From positions 4,167 to 68,166 of the forward strand of contig JBEKRX010000027.1 of assembly GCA_049518415.1 (NCBI GenBank): a stretch of DNA of 64,000 nucleotides, read 5' to 3'. The notes beneath the pieces are model-generated. The model saw nothing but the letters and a program-made list of their open reading frames with translations. It was not told the DNA's origin and made no database searches. Every line of letters begins with the position of its first letter. Position 1 is the stretch's first letter. Positions 29,171-37,511 of this stretch are shown one piece after another. The DNA comes from Verrucomicrobiota bacterium (GTDB lineage Bacteria; Verrucomicrobiota; Verrucomicrobiia; Limisphaerales; UBA8199). The translations under genes were made by a program, and so were the position numbers.

Positions 29171-30313
29171 TCAACTCAGCTCCCGCTCTTCAAACAACAT
29201 GACCGCCAGCGCCAGGGCCGCTCCCACATAGGCCACCGCGTAGGCAAAGGCCTTGCCCACATAGCCCCAGTGATACGTGCTCTTGCCGGTATCCAGGGCG
29301 TCGGCGAGCCAGAAAACCTGCCAATTCGGCGTCACGGTGTAAAGCGCCGCGGCCCACCACGAACCGCCCATCCCCGCCTGCGCCAGCCGCCCTTTGTCCT
29401 CGGCGCTGAGGTTCGCCCGCCCGCCCGCGGCCGCCTTGCCTTCGCGCTCCTGGCCGTATTTCTCCACCAGTTCCTTGAGCAGCCCTTGTTGGCTCTCCGA
29501 CCAGCGGGTACTGCTCAATTCCTCTTTCAGGTCATAGCGCCAGACCGGGTCCGCAAACCGGCCGAAGAGGTAATCCGACATGATGCCCAGCAGAAACAGG
29601 GCGGAGCAAATGGCCAGCGTCGGGATCATGTCCAGCCGGGTCGAGCAGGCCAGCGCCAGGCCGGCGAGGACCCAAACGGCGAACAGGATGAGAATGGCCG
29701 CCGGGACCACTTGCCAATCCACCCCGGTGGCGAAGGCCTGGGGCTTGCCTTCTTTCGAGTAGAAGTTGATCACCACAAAAGCCAGGCTCACCATCACCAC
29801 CAGGCACAAGACGGCCTCCGAAACGAAGGGGCGGCGGAGAAAGAAATTGCTGAAACCGCCCAGCAGATAGGCGATTACCAGCGCCAGGGCGAAAATGCCC
29901 AGGGCGAACAAATCGGTCGAGCCGTAGGCATCGAAGGCCATGCGGCTGGCCAGCAGGGCGGCCACCAGGTTGACATAAGTCAGCAGCGACAGGGCCACGA
30001 CCAGGCCGCTGTACTTGGCCAGCAGGAATTGAGCGCGACCGACCGGTTTGGCCAGCACCGCCAGGGCGGTCCCGACCCGGATTTCACGCGCCAGCGAGGC
30101 CGAGGCGCTCAAGACCGCCCCAAACAGCCCGGCCAGCAGCATCACCGCCAGCGTGCTGTTCTTGACCAGCTTGGGCTCGTCGCCGAACGCAAAGTAGTAC
30201 GGCGTCGCCAGGAAGACCTCGAACACGGCAGAACTGGTCATCAGCAGGAGGAACACCGGCTGCCGCACCAGCTCCATGAACGCATTCGTCGCGATGGTGA
30301 TGAACTGCCGCAT
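29171..30313 (-). CDS. ABC-2-like polytopic membrane protein
   Basis: 380 aa with 6 or more TM helices. The N-terminus (MRQFITIATNAFMELVRQPVFLLL) is like ABC-2 permeases. It is the first gene of the SPFH/P-type ATPase operon. Confidence 0.65.
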   Translation of the reverse strand: MRQFITIATNAFMELVRQPVFLLLMTSSAVFEVFLATPYYFAFGDEPKLVKNSTLAVMLLAGLFGAVLSASASLAREIRVGTALAVLAKPVGRAQFLLAKYSGLVVALSLLTYVNLVAALLASRMAFDAYGSTDLFALGIFALALVIAYLLGGFSNFFLRRPFVSEAVLCLVVMVSLAFVVINFYSKEGKPQAFATGVDWQVVPAAILILFAVWVLAGLALACSTRLDMIPTLAICSALFLLGIMSDYLFGRFADPVWRYDLKEELSSTRWSESQQGLLKELVEKYGQEREGKAAAGGRANLSAEDKGRLAQAGMGGSWWAAALYTVTPNWQVFWLADALDTGKSTYHWGYVGKAFAYAVAYVGAALALAVMLFEERELS

Positions 30314-30407
30314 CGTCTAGTCGCTCAAGTCTGACAGGGTATCGAGCGCCCGATTAAATGCAATCTGATAATTCATTGCCCGGGTGCGCAGTTCACGTTT
30401 TTCCGGG

Positions 30408-30471
30408 GCGCGGACAATCCTGTCCGCTTTGGCGTTGACCAATCCGCGGAGGCGGCCAGGATTGTCCGCGC
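30408..30471. promoter_or_regulatory. 15-bp perfect inverted repeat (34-nt spacer) in the operon leader
   Basis: GCGCGGACAATCCTG pairs with CAGGATTGTCCGCGC, 95-160 nt upstream of the start at 30313. No T-run follows on either strand. Confidence 0.45.
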
Positions 30472-30556
30472 TCCAATCACCCGCGTTGGCGACGTCGGAA
30501 AAATGTGAGACGCGCGCTTGGGCGGGATTATGCCTGGCTTGGGCCGGGCGTGAAGC

Positions 30557-30598
30557 GTGCGTTTGAAGGCACACGCTGTGCGTCTGAAGGCACACGGG
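30557..30598. repeat. Tandem 21-bp direct repeat, two copies
   Basis: GTGCGTTTGAAGGCACACGCT followed by GTGCGTCTGAAGGCACACGGG. Confidence 0.7.
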
Positions 30599-30725
30599 CA
30601 TGGTCGAGGATTGATTTCCAGGCCGCTCGCAAGCAACCCGTTCGCCAATGTCAGCTTCCTCGAAGCCAGGGCGCACGGTCTGCCGCCCGACGTTTTAACG
30701 CCGGGACGAGTTCCGCATCTGCAGG

Positions 30726-33272
30726 CTAGCGAACCAGATTCACCTTGTAGAACCGGCGGCCGGCAGTGGCGGCGCCTGAATCCAGGATCCCCGCTGTGCC
30801 TTGCTCCACAACGGCCGGCGTTTTGAGCAATAACCAGGTTGCCAGATCCTCCGAGTAGAGCGCGCGATAGCGCCGGGTCGGCTCGCCCGGCCACTGCAGG
30901 CGCACGCCATTGGCGCCAAACTGCGGGAGCATCAGCCGCAACCCATTGGTGGCCGCGCTGGCGTCGGAGAATAGGGTCACCGGCTGCATAAAACTCGCGA
31001 CCCAGTCTGGCCGCGCTGGCTGGCTCCCACTGGCCAGCAGGTTGGTCCAGTTTTCGTCGGTCAACCGGTTGTCCATGGGCCATTTGAATTCGTAGCTGGA
31101 AAACACCGGCCCGGCCCCCAGCACGGTGCGCCCCCCGGGGACCTGGTAGGCGGCCACCAGCAGCTTCACATAACCCACCCCTTCCTCCAAAACCTTGCCG
31201 CTATTAGGATCCGTGTGGACGTCGGCAACCAAGGCCGTTTGGCCGGCTTGTGTGTCCGAGAGCCCCTCGCCCAACGGCGCCAGGGTGTGGCCAAACCCGT
31301 TAATATACTCGCCGTCGGCGGCACTGGGACCCCGACCTTCCAGTTCGCCAACCGAAATAGTGGTCAGGCGATCCAGAACATCTCCCAAGAGGTTAAGACG
31401 GCTGGCTTGGGTCGAATCCAGCACATTGAACGTGGCCAAGCCCGTCTGCGTCATCCGGGTCAAGGCCTTCAGGCGGTTGTAAAACTCCGGCACCGGCTCG
31501 ACATAGCCGCAGTCGGTCGTATCGGGGCCGACGTAAGAGGTGCCCACGGTAGTGCTCTGCTTGGCGTACAAGATGGTGTCGTGGCGCAACTCTGCCCAGG
31601 AAGCCAGGGCCGCGCCCAATTGTTTGTCCTGCCAGGCCGCGGTCTGCATGAAGGCCGGATAACCGGGCCCGCAACGCTCAAGCAACGGTTGCAGCGCGTA
31701 TAGCCAGCTCCAGTACAGGTTCCGCGTCCACTCCTGCCGGCTAAAAGCTCGGAACTGCCGGATCAGCGCGTTCATGCTTGCATCGTAGTCCGCGTAATCC
31801 GTGTCGCCCTCCCGATCCAGGATGTTCAACGCCCGCTCTGAGCCGAGCACCACCATCACATCCAATCCTCGAGGAAAACCACGAATTGGTCCGCCCAGGC
31901 TCATTACCAGGGTGAACGGATTCCCCGCCCCGGTATAAAGCCCCACCGCGGGGAAAACCAGGTGCTGCATCATGTAAGAGTCGGGAACGAACCGCTGGCC
32001 CATCAACCGCATGCCCTTGGTCTTGGCCAGGACTTGGTCCAGGTCCGCGGCCGTCGCGTCCGGCGGCAACAGGATATTCCCGGTCCCGCCATAAATCTCC
32101 GGGTTTGGCATCGCCGCCAGCGCTTTGCGAAGGGCCAGGAAACTGGCATCATCCGTCAGCGACAATACATTGACTTGCGCCCCGAACACCTGGCCGAGGG
32201 CGACTTTGTAATCATAGGGAGTCAAATCATCGGCCAGCCCGACAAAAAAGGCGGTCACCGCATAGACCCGGTTCCAAATATCCGCGATGGGCTGCCCGCC
32301 GGCCTGCAACCGGTCCAGGTCAAGCGTCAGCAGGGCGGCTGCCAGGGTTTGAATCCGCGCCTCGGCCACCGAAACCAGGGCCTCGTCGGGAACATGGCCG
32401 CCTTTGAGCAGGAAAGCCATCCGGCCATACCACATCAAAGTCTTAAAGTACTCTTTCAGTTCCTCGCTGCGCGTGTAATGGCCGCGCGGAACGTATTGCG
32501 AATAGTCCTCCTGGTAAGCGAAGAGGGGACTTTGCCCAAACCCGGCATGGCGCTCGATCTTATCCAGTTCCCCAGCGACGATGTCCGCAACGGGCGCCGG
32601 CGCCACAATGGCTTCTCCCAGCAACGCCAGGGCCACGCTGCAGAAGGCCACGTTGCGCCGCGCCGCTTCTTGCAGGTCCCCAGTGAGGGCGCCGTACTGG
32701 TTGGTGGCGCTTTCAAACAAGGCCTCGGACATGACCTTCATTTGGGGGAAGAACTCATTGGCCTCCACCGTCTTCAGAATCTCGTCAAACTGCACGTGAT
32801 ACAGGTGCAACATGGAGTCCGAGGTGATGAAATTGGGAACATGAAGCTCGGCCAGTTGCTCGTAGGCCCCAATCATGTCCACCTCCTGGCGGTCGGGCAG
32901 CACTACGAATCCATTGCGTTCGAGGGCTTGGCGGGCGCTTTGGTCCATGGGCGGCAGCACATCTACCACGGGCGCGTTCGAGACCTGGTCCAGGCTCAGC
33001 GGCAATGGGGCGGACAAGGCGTTGGGGGTCACCGCAACGGGTTGATATTCGTAAAAGGAGCCAAGCTCGATTCGGGCCAGTCCGCCGGGAGTGGGTGGAG
33101 ACTGCGCTTTCAGGGCCGAGGACCCTGCCAGGGCCAACACCAGGGCAAACCAAAGCCCTGGCGCACCTGCGGCCAATAGTCCCTCCCGGGCGTGGCTGCC
33201 CCGCCGCCAGAGGGTATTAACGATGGCGCGCTCGCCAACACCATACCTTTCAAAATAGAAACGTGGTCTCAT
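30726..33272 (-). CDS. Large secreted protein, DUF3160-like (assigned from memory of the family)
   Basis: Signal peptide GLWFALVLALAGSSALKA. About 800 aa, with FITSDSMLHLYHVQFDEIL-type motifs. The start is ambiguous: ATG 33272, or TTG 33176 preceded by GGGAGGG. The upstream ORF extension overlaps the moaA terminator. Confidence 0.6.
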   Translation of the reverse strand: MRPRFYFERYGVGERAIVNTLWRRGSHAREGLLAAGAPGLWFALVLALAGSSALKAQSPPTPGGLARIELGSFYEYQPVAVTPNALSAPLPLSLDQVSNAPVVDVLPPMDQSARQALERNGFVVLPDRQEVDMIGAYEQLAELHVPNFITSDSMLHLYHVQFDEILKTVEANEFFPQMKVMSEALFESATNQYGALTGDLQEAARRNVAFCSVALALLGEAIVAPAPVADIVAGELDKIERHAGFGQSPLFAYQEDYSQYVPRGHYTRSEELKEYFKTLMWYGRMAFLLKGGHVPDEALVSVAEARIQTLAAALLTLDLDRLQAGGQPIADIWNRVYAVTAFFVGLADDLTPYDYKVALGQVFGAQVNVLSLTDDASFLALRKALAAMPNPEIYGGTGNILLPPDATAADLDQVLAKTKGMRLMGQRFVPDSYMMQHLVFPAVGLYTGAGNPFTLVMSLGGPIRGFPRGLDVMVVLGSERALNILDREGDTDYADYDASMNALIRQFRAFSRQEWTRNLYWSWLYALQPLLERCGPGYPAFMQTAAWQDKQLGAALASWAELRHDTILYAKQSTTVGTSYVGPDTTDCGYVEPVPEFYNRLKALTRMTQTGLATFNVLDSTQASRLNLLGDVLDRLTTISVGELEGRGPSAADGEYINGFGHTLAPLGEGLSDTQAGQTALVADVHTDPNSGKVLEEGVGYVKLLVAAYQVPGGRTVLGAGPVFSSYEFKWPMDNRLTDENWTNLLASGSQPARPDWVASFMQPVTLFSDASAATNGLRLMLPQFGANGVRLQWPGEPTRRYRALYSEDLATWLLLKTPAVVEQGTAGILDSGAATAGRRFYKVNLVR

Positions 33273-33323
33273 AATAACGCCCGTTGGCCTCATTATCATC
33301 TTGGCCGGGTCCAAGTCAAGCAT

Positions 33324-33397
33324 AAAAAAAGGGTTCATCCGAAAAGCCAAAACGCCGCGCCCAGACACCAACTTTTCGGAAGAACCACTTGTTTTTT
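33324..33397 (-). terminator. Intrinsic (bidirectional) terminator after moaA, built on repeat-core copy 2
   Basis: 15-bp stem (one mismatch) GGTTCATCCGAAAAG / CTTTTCGGAAGAACC with a 25-nt loop. It is flanked by an A7 run on one side and a T6 run on the other, giving a U-tract directly after the stem on the minus strand. Confidence 0.7.
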
Positions 33398-33407
33398 GCA
33401 CGGGCGC

Positions 33408-34466
33408 TTAGCCGCCGATGCAGCTCATGGATGGCGGGGGGGCGACGAATTCCGGCTCGCCGATGCGGTGACGGGGCTCTTTTTGCCAAACCACGCCCTT
33501 GAGCCAGTCGGCGATTTCGTCGTCCGAGTCCCCCCGGCGCACGCGCGAGCGGAGGTCGTGCTCGGTGACGCTGAACAGGCAGGTGCGAATCTTGCCGTCG
33601 GCGGTCAGGCGGAGGCGATTGCAATGGCGGCAGAAGGGTTGGCTGACCGGGGCGATGAGGCCCAGCTCGCCGCGTCCGTCGGCGAAGGCCCAGCGCCTGG
33701 CGGTGGCGGACGGGTTTTGAGCCGGGACGGACCGGAGGTCGAAGCGGGCCTGGAGGCGGGCGAGCACTTCGCGGGCGGGGAGGAGCATTTCCCCGAGGCC
33801 GGCGCGGGCGGAATCCAGGGGCATGAATTCGATGAAGCGGCAGCACAGGTGGTGGTCCCGCGCGAACTGGGCGAGGGCTTCGATTTCGTGGTCGTTGAGG
33901 CCGCGGATGATGACGGCGTTGATCTTCACGGGGTGGAAGCCCAGTTCCTGCGCCAGGCGGATGCTGTGGAGGACTTGGCGGAGGTAGTCGCCGCCGGTGA
34001 TCTTTTTGAAGTTGTCACGGTCCAGCGAGTCGAGGCTGAAGCTGACGCGGCGGAGGCCAGCGGCGCGGAGGGCGAGGGCCTTTTGTGGGAAGAGCAAGCC
34101 GTTGGTGGTCATCGCCAGGTCGGCCAGGCCGGGGATGGCGGCGAGGCGGGAGACGAGGTTTACGGCGTCGTGGCGCAGGAGGGGTTCGCCGCCGGTCAGC
34201 CGGACTTTGCGGATGCCCCAGCGAACGGCCAGGCGCACCACGCGCTCGATTTCCTCGAAGCTGAGGAGTTGGGTCCTGGGCAGCCATTGGGCAATGACGG
34301 GGGCCGAAGACGGCCTCTGGGCCCGGTGGTTGCGGTAGAGATTGGCCGCCGCCTCCGTTTCCGGCAGGCAATAGAGGCACCGGAAATTGCAGCGGTCCGT
34401 CAGGCTCACGCGCAGGTCGCGCAGGCGGCGGCCCTGCGAATCGACGAGCTCCCGGACGCCGCTCAT
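33408..34466 (-). CDS. moaA: GTP 3',8-cyclase MoaA (radical SAM)
   Basis: Start at MSGVRELV. Contains LRVSLTDRCNFRCLYC and the C-terminal second-cluster Cys motif (CRHCNRLRLTADGKIRTC). Confidence 0.9.
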   Translation of the reverse strand: MSGVRELVDSQGRRLRDLRVSLTDRCNFRCLYCLPETEAAANLYRNHRAQRPSSAPVIAQWLPRTQLLSFEEIERVVRLAVRWGIRKVRLTGGEPLLRHDAVNLVSRLAAIPGLADLAMTTNGLLFPQKALALRAAGLRRVSFSLDSLDRDNFKKITGGDYLRQVLHSIRLAQELGFHPVKINAVIIRGLNDHEIEALAQFARDHHLCCRFIEFMPLDSARAGLGEMLLPAREVLARLQARFDLRSVPAQNPSATARRWAFADGRGELGLIAPVSQPFCRHCNRLRLTADGKIRTCLFSVTEHDLRSRVRRGDSDDEIADWLKGVVWQKEPRHRIGEPEFVAPPPSMSCIGG

Positions 34467-35272
34467 TTGGCAGCCGGATTGGTGGCCGCCGGTCGGTTGG
34501 TCGGCGGCGGGACGACCTTGACAGTGCCGTCGGAACCGACCTCGACGTTGAGGTCGTAGCTGGGCTTGGGGGCCTTGACCAGGACCTGGGGCAGGGTCAG
34601 GCCCTGGAGCAGCTTCTGGGCGCCTCTTTGTTCGCCGCTGGCAAAGAGGCCCAGGCGAATCCACTCCAGCCGGCGCGCGATGGTCAACTCCTCTTTTATC
34701 CTGGCCACCTGGGCGCGCAGCACGGTCAGGTCGGTGAATTGACGTTCCAGTTCGGCTTTCTCGGCCAGGAGGCGCTTCAGATTGTTCTCCAGCAGGGCTT
34801 TGTCCCCTTCCGAGGCGGCCAGTTTTCTCTTGGTCTCCTCGATCTGCACGGTCAGGTTGGTGATGGAGGAGCGCAGGTCCAGGGCGCGCTTGTCGAGGTC
34901 CTGGTTCTGTTTCTCCAGGTCGGCGATCTTGGCGTCGCGTTTCTTAAGTTCGTCCTCGGTCGCCTTGAGGGCGGCCTCGGTTTTCGCCAGGCCGGCGCTG
35001 GCCTGGGAGAGGTTGGCGGAGACCTGGGTGAAGGTGTTGGTCAGCTCGACGAAGGCCTTCTTCTGGTCTTCCAGGTCTTTTTGAGAGGCGGTGCTGCGCT
35101 GGATCTCCTCGCCGAGCCTGGTCTTGGTGAGCACCAGGTTATTGGAAAGCGCATCGATGTCGTCGGCATCCCTGCGCTGTTGCTGGACGGCCTGCTTCCT
35201 GACCGCAATCAAGGCGATGCCAAGGCACAGGCAAATCAGAATTAAAATGATTACCCCAGTTCGGTTTTTCAT
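34463..35272 (-). CDS. Membrane-anchored coiled-coil protein, unknown function
   Basis: N-terminal TM segment (GVIILILICLCLGIALIAV) followed by about 170 aa of heptad-rich sequence. Its stop overlaps the moaA ATG (ATGA). Confidence 0.7.
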   Translation of the reverse strand: MKNRTGVIILILICLCLGIALIAVRKQAVQQQRRDADDIDALSNNLVLTKTRLGEEIQRSTASQKDLEDQKKAFVELTNTFTQVSANLSQASAGLAKTEAALKATEDELKKRDAKIADLEKQNQDLDKRALDLRSSITNLTVQIEETKRKLAASEGDKALLENNLKRLLAEKAELERQFTDLTVLRAQVARIKEELTIARRLEWIRLGLFASGEQRGAQKLLQGLTLPQVLVKAPKPSYDLNVEVGSDGTVKVVPPPTNRPAATNPAAK

Positions 35273-35422
35273 AGCCCGGCCATAATGGAGAAGATTTGGC
35301 CGTTTGGCAAGCCCGCTTCTCGGTCTGAATATCCCCTGGGGGTTAAGCCGCCGCCCGCCTCGAGAAAGTGAGGCTGGCGACTACTGAGGGCAAGGTCCTG
35401 ACGCAGCCCCACGTTCCGACGC

Positions 35423-36271
35423 TCACGTGAGGAGGCCGGGATCGATTTCTTGAGGCTGCCACAGGCAGCGGCCTTCCATGCCGCCGGCAATGACCAGGAT
35501 TTGCCCGGTGATGTGCCGGGCCAGGGCATCGGAAGAGAGGAACACTGCCGCGTTGCCGATGTCCTCCGGGCGCGCCAGTTGGGGCAGGGCCATGGTGGCG
35601 GCGATTTTGCGGAGAGTCGGCGCGTCGCTGAGCTGGGCGGCCAGGCGCGGCACGAGGGTCCAGCCGGGGCAAATGCAATTGATGCGTCCGCCGCAATAAT
35701 CGTGCGTGTGCGGGGCGAGCCGGGCGAGTTCGTTTTTGAGCGAGCGGGTGAGGCCGTAGGCCAGGGCGGCCTTGGCCGAGGCGTAATCGGCGTGGCCGGC
35801 CTCGCCGAAGACGGCGGCGGTGGAGGCAATCAGCACGGCATTGCCCCGCCTTTGCCGGGCGGCCAGCCGCAGAAAGGCGCGCAGGCTCAGAAACGCCGTG
35901 GTCAGGACGCCCTCGAGGGTTTGCCGCCATTGGCGCAGCGACATCGCCGGCAGCAGCACGTCGCGCCGCTCCCAGGAGCCGGCGTTGGCCACCAGGGTGT
36001 CAACCCGCCCAAAACGTTTCACCGCCGCGGCCAAGAGGCCCTGGGCCCCGGCCTCCCTCGCCAGGTCCGCCCGGACGGGGAGCGATTCGACACCTTGAAA
36101 CTCCCGCTGGAGGGCAGCCACGTTGGCCGGGTGGCGGCGATAATGCAGCACGAGTCTCGCCCCTTCGGCGGCGAATCTCCTGGCAATCGCCGAGCCGATG
36201 CCGCCGGAGGCGCCGGTGATGACCACCACTTTGCCTGTCAGTTCACTGTTCATTGGGTTGGTGACGGACAT
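35423..36271 (-). CDS. SDR-family oxidoreductase
   Basis: TGASGGIGSAIA cofactor motif and catalytic YASAKAAL motif. Confidence 0.85.
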   Translation of the reverse strand: MSVTNPMNSELTGKVVVITGASGGIGSAIARRFAAEGARLVLHYRRHPANVAALQREFQGVESLPVRADLAREAGAQGLLAAAVKRFGRVDTLVANAGSWERRDVLLPAMSLRQWRQTLEGVLTTAFLSLRAFLRLAARQRRGNAVLIASTAAVFGEAGHADYASAKAALAYGLTRSLKNELARLAPHTHDYCGGRINCICPGWTLVPRLAAQLSDAPTLRKIAATMALPQLARPEDIGNAAVFLSSDALARHITGQILVIAGGMEGRCLWQPQEIDPGLLT

Positions 36272-36473
36272 TTCCTACCGCGCACGGCCATCAACTGCAC
36301 CATTGGGGCCCGTCGGCCCGGCCGTCTCAAGAGCGCGTCGGTGCGTCGAGTGTCGAGTGACAACCCGCGCGGAGTATATAATCGCTCAAGCGGGAGCGCA
36401 ACGCTCGCCAAACCAAGAGGCAGCCGCTGGCCCGAGGGCCGGAGCCGGTGGCGTTGGCCGGGCGATTTTCTGG

Positions 36474-36502
36474 TTGACTCCAGGCGCAGGATGCGCATAA
36501 AT
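36474..36502 (+). promoter_or_regulatory. Sigma70-like promoter upstream of the pseudopilin-like gene
   Basis: TTGACT, a 17-nt spacer, then ATAAAT, ending 28 nt before the start at 36531. Confidence 0.35.
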
Positions 36503-36530
36503 ATGGGCGGTTGACCCGGGCAGTGTCAGA

Positions 36531-37412
36531 ATGCAGTTTGCGATCACTGATTTTATGAAAGCCAGCTCGCGGTACCATCGGACCAGCAGCTTTACGCTGA
36601 TCGAGCTGCTGGTGGTCATTGCCATCATTGCCATTTTGGCAGCGATGCTGTTGCCCGCTTTGGGGCGCGCCAAACTCAAGACGCAAGCTGTTTCCTGCAT
36701 GAACAATTGCCGGCAGATGATGCTGGCGTGGAGATGTTACGCCGAGGACAACTCCGACAGGTTGACGTCGGCCTGGGGGTACCCCGCCACCGATTGGATT
36801 CCGTTTGATTACGAGATGAGTTGGTCTGGCAATCCCGTGACCGATGGCCAAAACCCAAACAATTGGGATGTCAATGTGGTCGTAAAGAAAAGTCTGCTGT
36901 GGCCATACTGTGGAAACAGCCCGGGCATCTGGCAGTGTCCGGGTGACAACCAATATCCGTGCATTGCCCCGTCGGGACCACAGAAGGGCCAGTCATTCCC
37001 GCGGCAGCGGAGCAGGTCCATGCTCAGTTGGTTCAACGGCATTGACGCCGATGGCTTCACTGGCTGCAGCGGCTACACCAAGTATAAGCGACTGACCCAG
37101 GTGCTGAACCCGGGGCCCGCGATGACCATCGTGTTCCTGGATGAAAGATGCGACAGCATCAACGACGGCGAGTGGTGTACCAGCATGAATGGCTGGCCGG
37201 ACAAGCCGCAGCAGTGGTACATGATCGATTTTCCCGCCAGTTACCACGGGGGAGCCGGGGGGCTTGCCTTTGTGGATGGCCACGCGGAAATCCACAAATG
37301 GAGGGACCCCAGGACGATACCACCCATAGGCAGACTCGGGGCTCTCAATGTTCCCTCTCCCAACAACCGGGATGCTTATTGGGTCATGGAACGCTCCACG
37401 CGGAAGCCCTAA
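36531..37412 (+). CDS. Prepilin-type N-terminal cleavage/methylation domain protein, H-X9-DG family
   Basis: [26 protein letters not shown]-terminus and C-terminal [12 protein letters not shown] (H-X9-DG). Confidence 0.85.
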   Translation: MQFAITDFMKASSRYHRTSSFTLIELLVVIAIIAILAAMLLPALGRAKLKTQAVSCMNNCRQMMLAWRCYAEDNSDRLTSAWGYPATDWIPFDYEMSWSGNPVTDGQNPNNWDVNVVVKKSLLWPYCGNSPGIWQCPGDNQYPCIAPSGPQKGQSFPRQRSRSMLSWFNGIDADGFTGCSGYTKYKRLTQVLNPGPAMTIVFLDERCDSINDGEWCTSMNGWPDKPQQWYMIDFPASYHGGAGGLAFVDGHAEIHKWRDPRTIPPIGRLGALNVPSPNNRDAYWVMERSTRKP

Positions 37413-37429
37413 TCCACCGAGACCATTCC

Positions 37430-37509
37430 TAGCGCGGCGGAGCCGCAACCAAAGTCCGGGCAGAATTCCCTCCTCAGGGAAGCAACGGGAGCCTCGCCCC
37501 GCCGCGCTA
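37430..37509. repeat. 80-bp palindromic intergenic element, intact copy
   Basis: Terminal 11-bp inverted repeat TAGCGCGGCGG / CCGCCGCGCTA and an internal hairpin TTCCCT-CCTC-AGGGAA. It is homologous to the two halves flanking the IS at 59064-59088 and 60922-60970. Confidence 0.7.
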
Positions 37510-37511
37510 AT

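Noticed and set aside
30317-30676. 119-aa and 236-aa minus-strand ORFs spanning the operon leader (30317-30676 and 30373-31083).
   Set aside because: They have non-protein-like composition and run through the tandem repeat and hairpin. Only the terminal 19 codons, which have their own ATG, are mentioned as a speculative mini-ORF.
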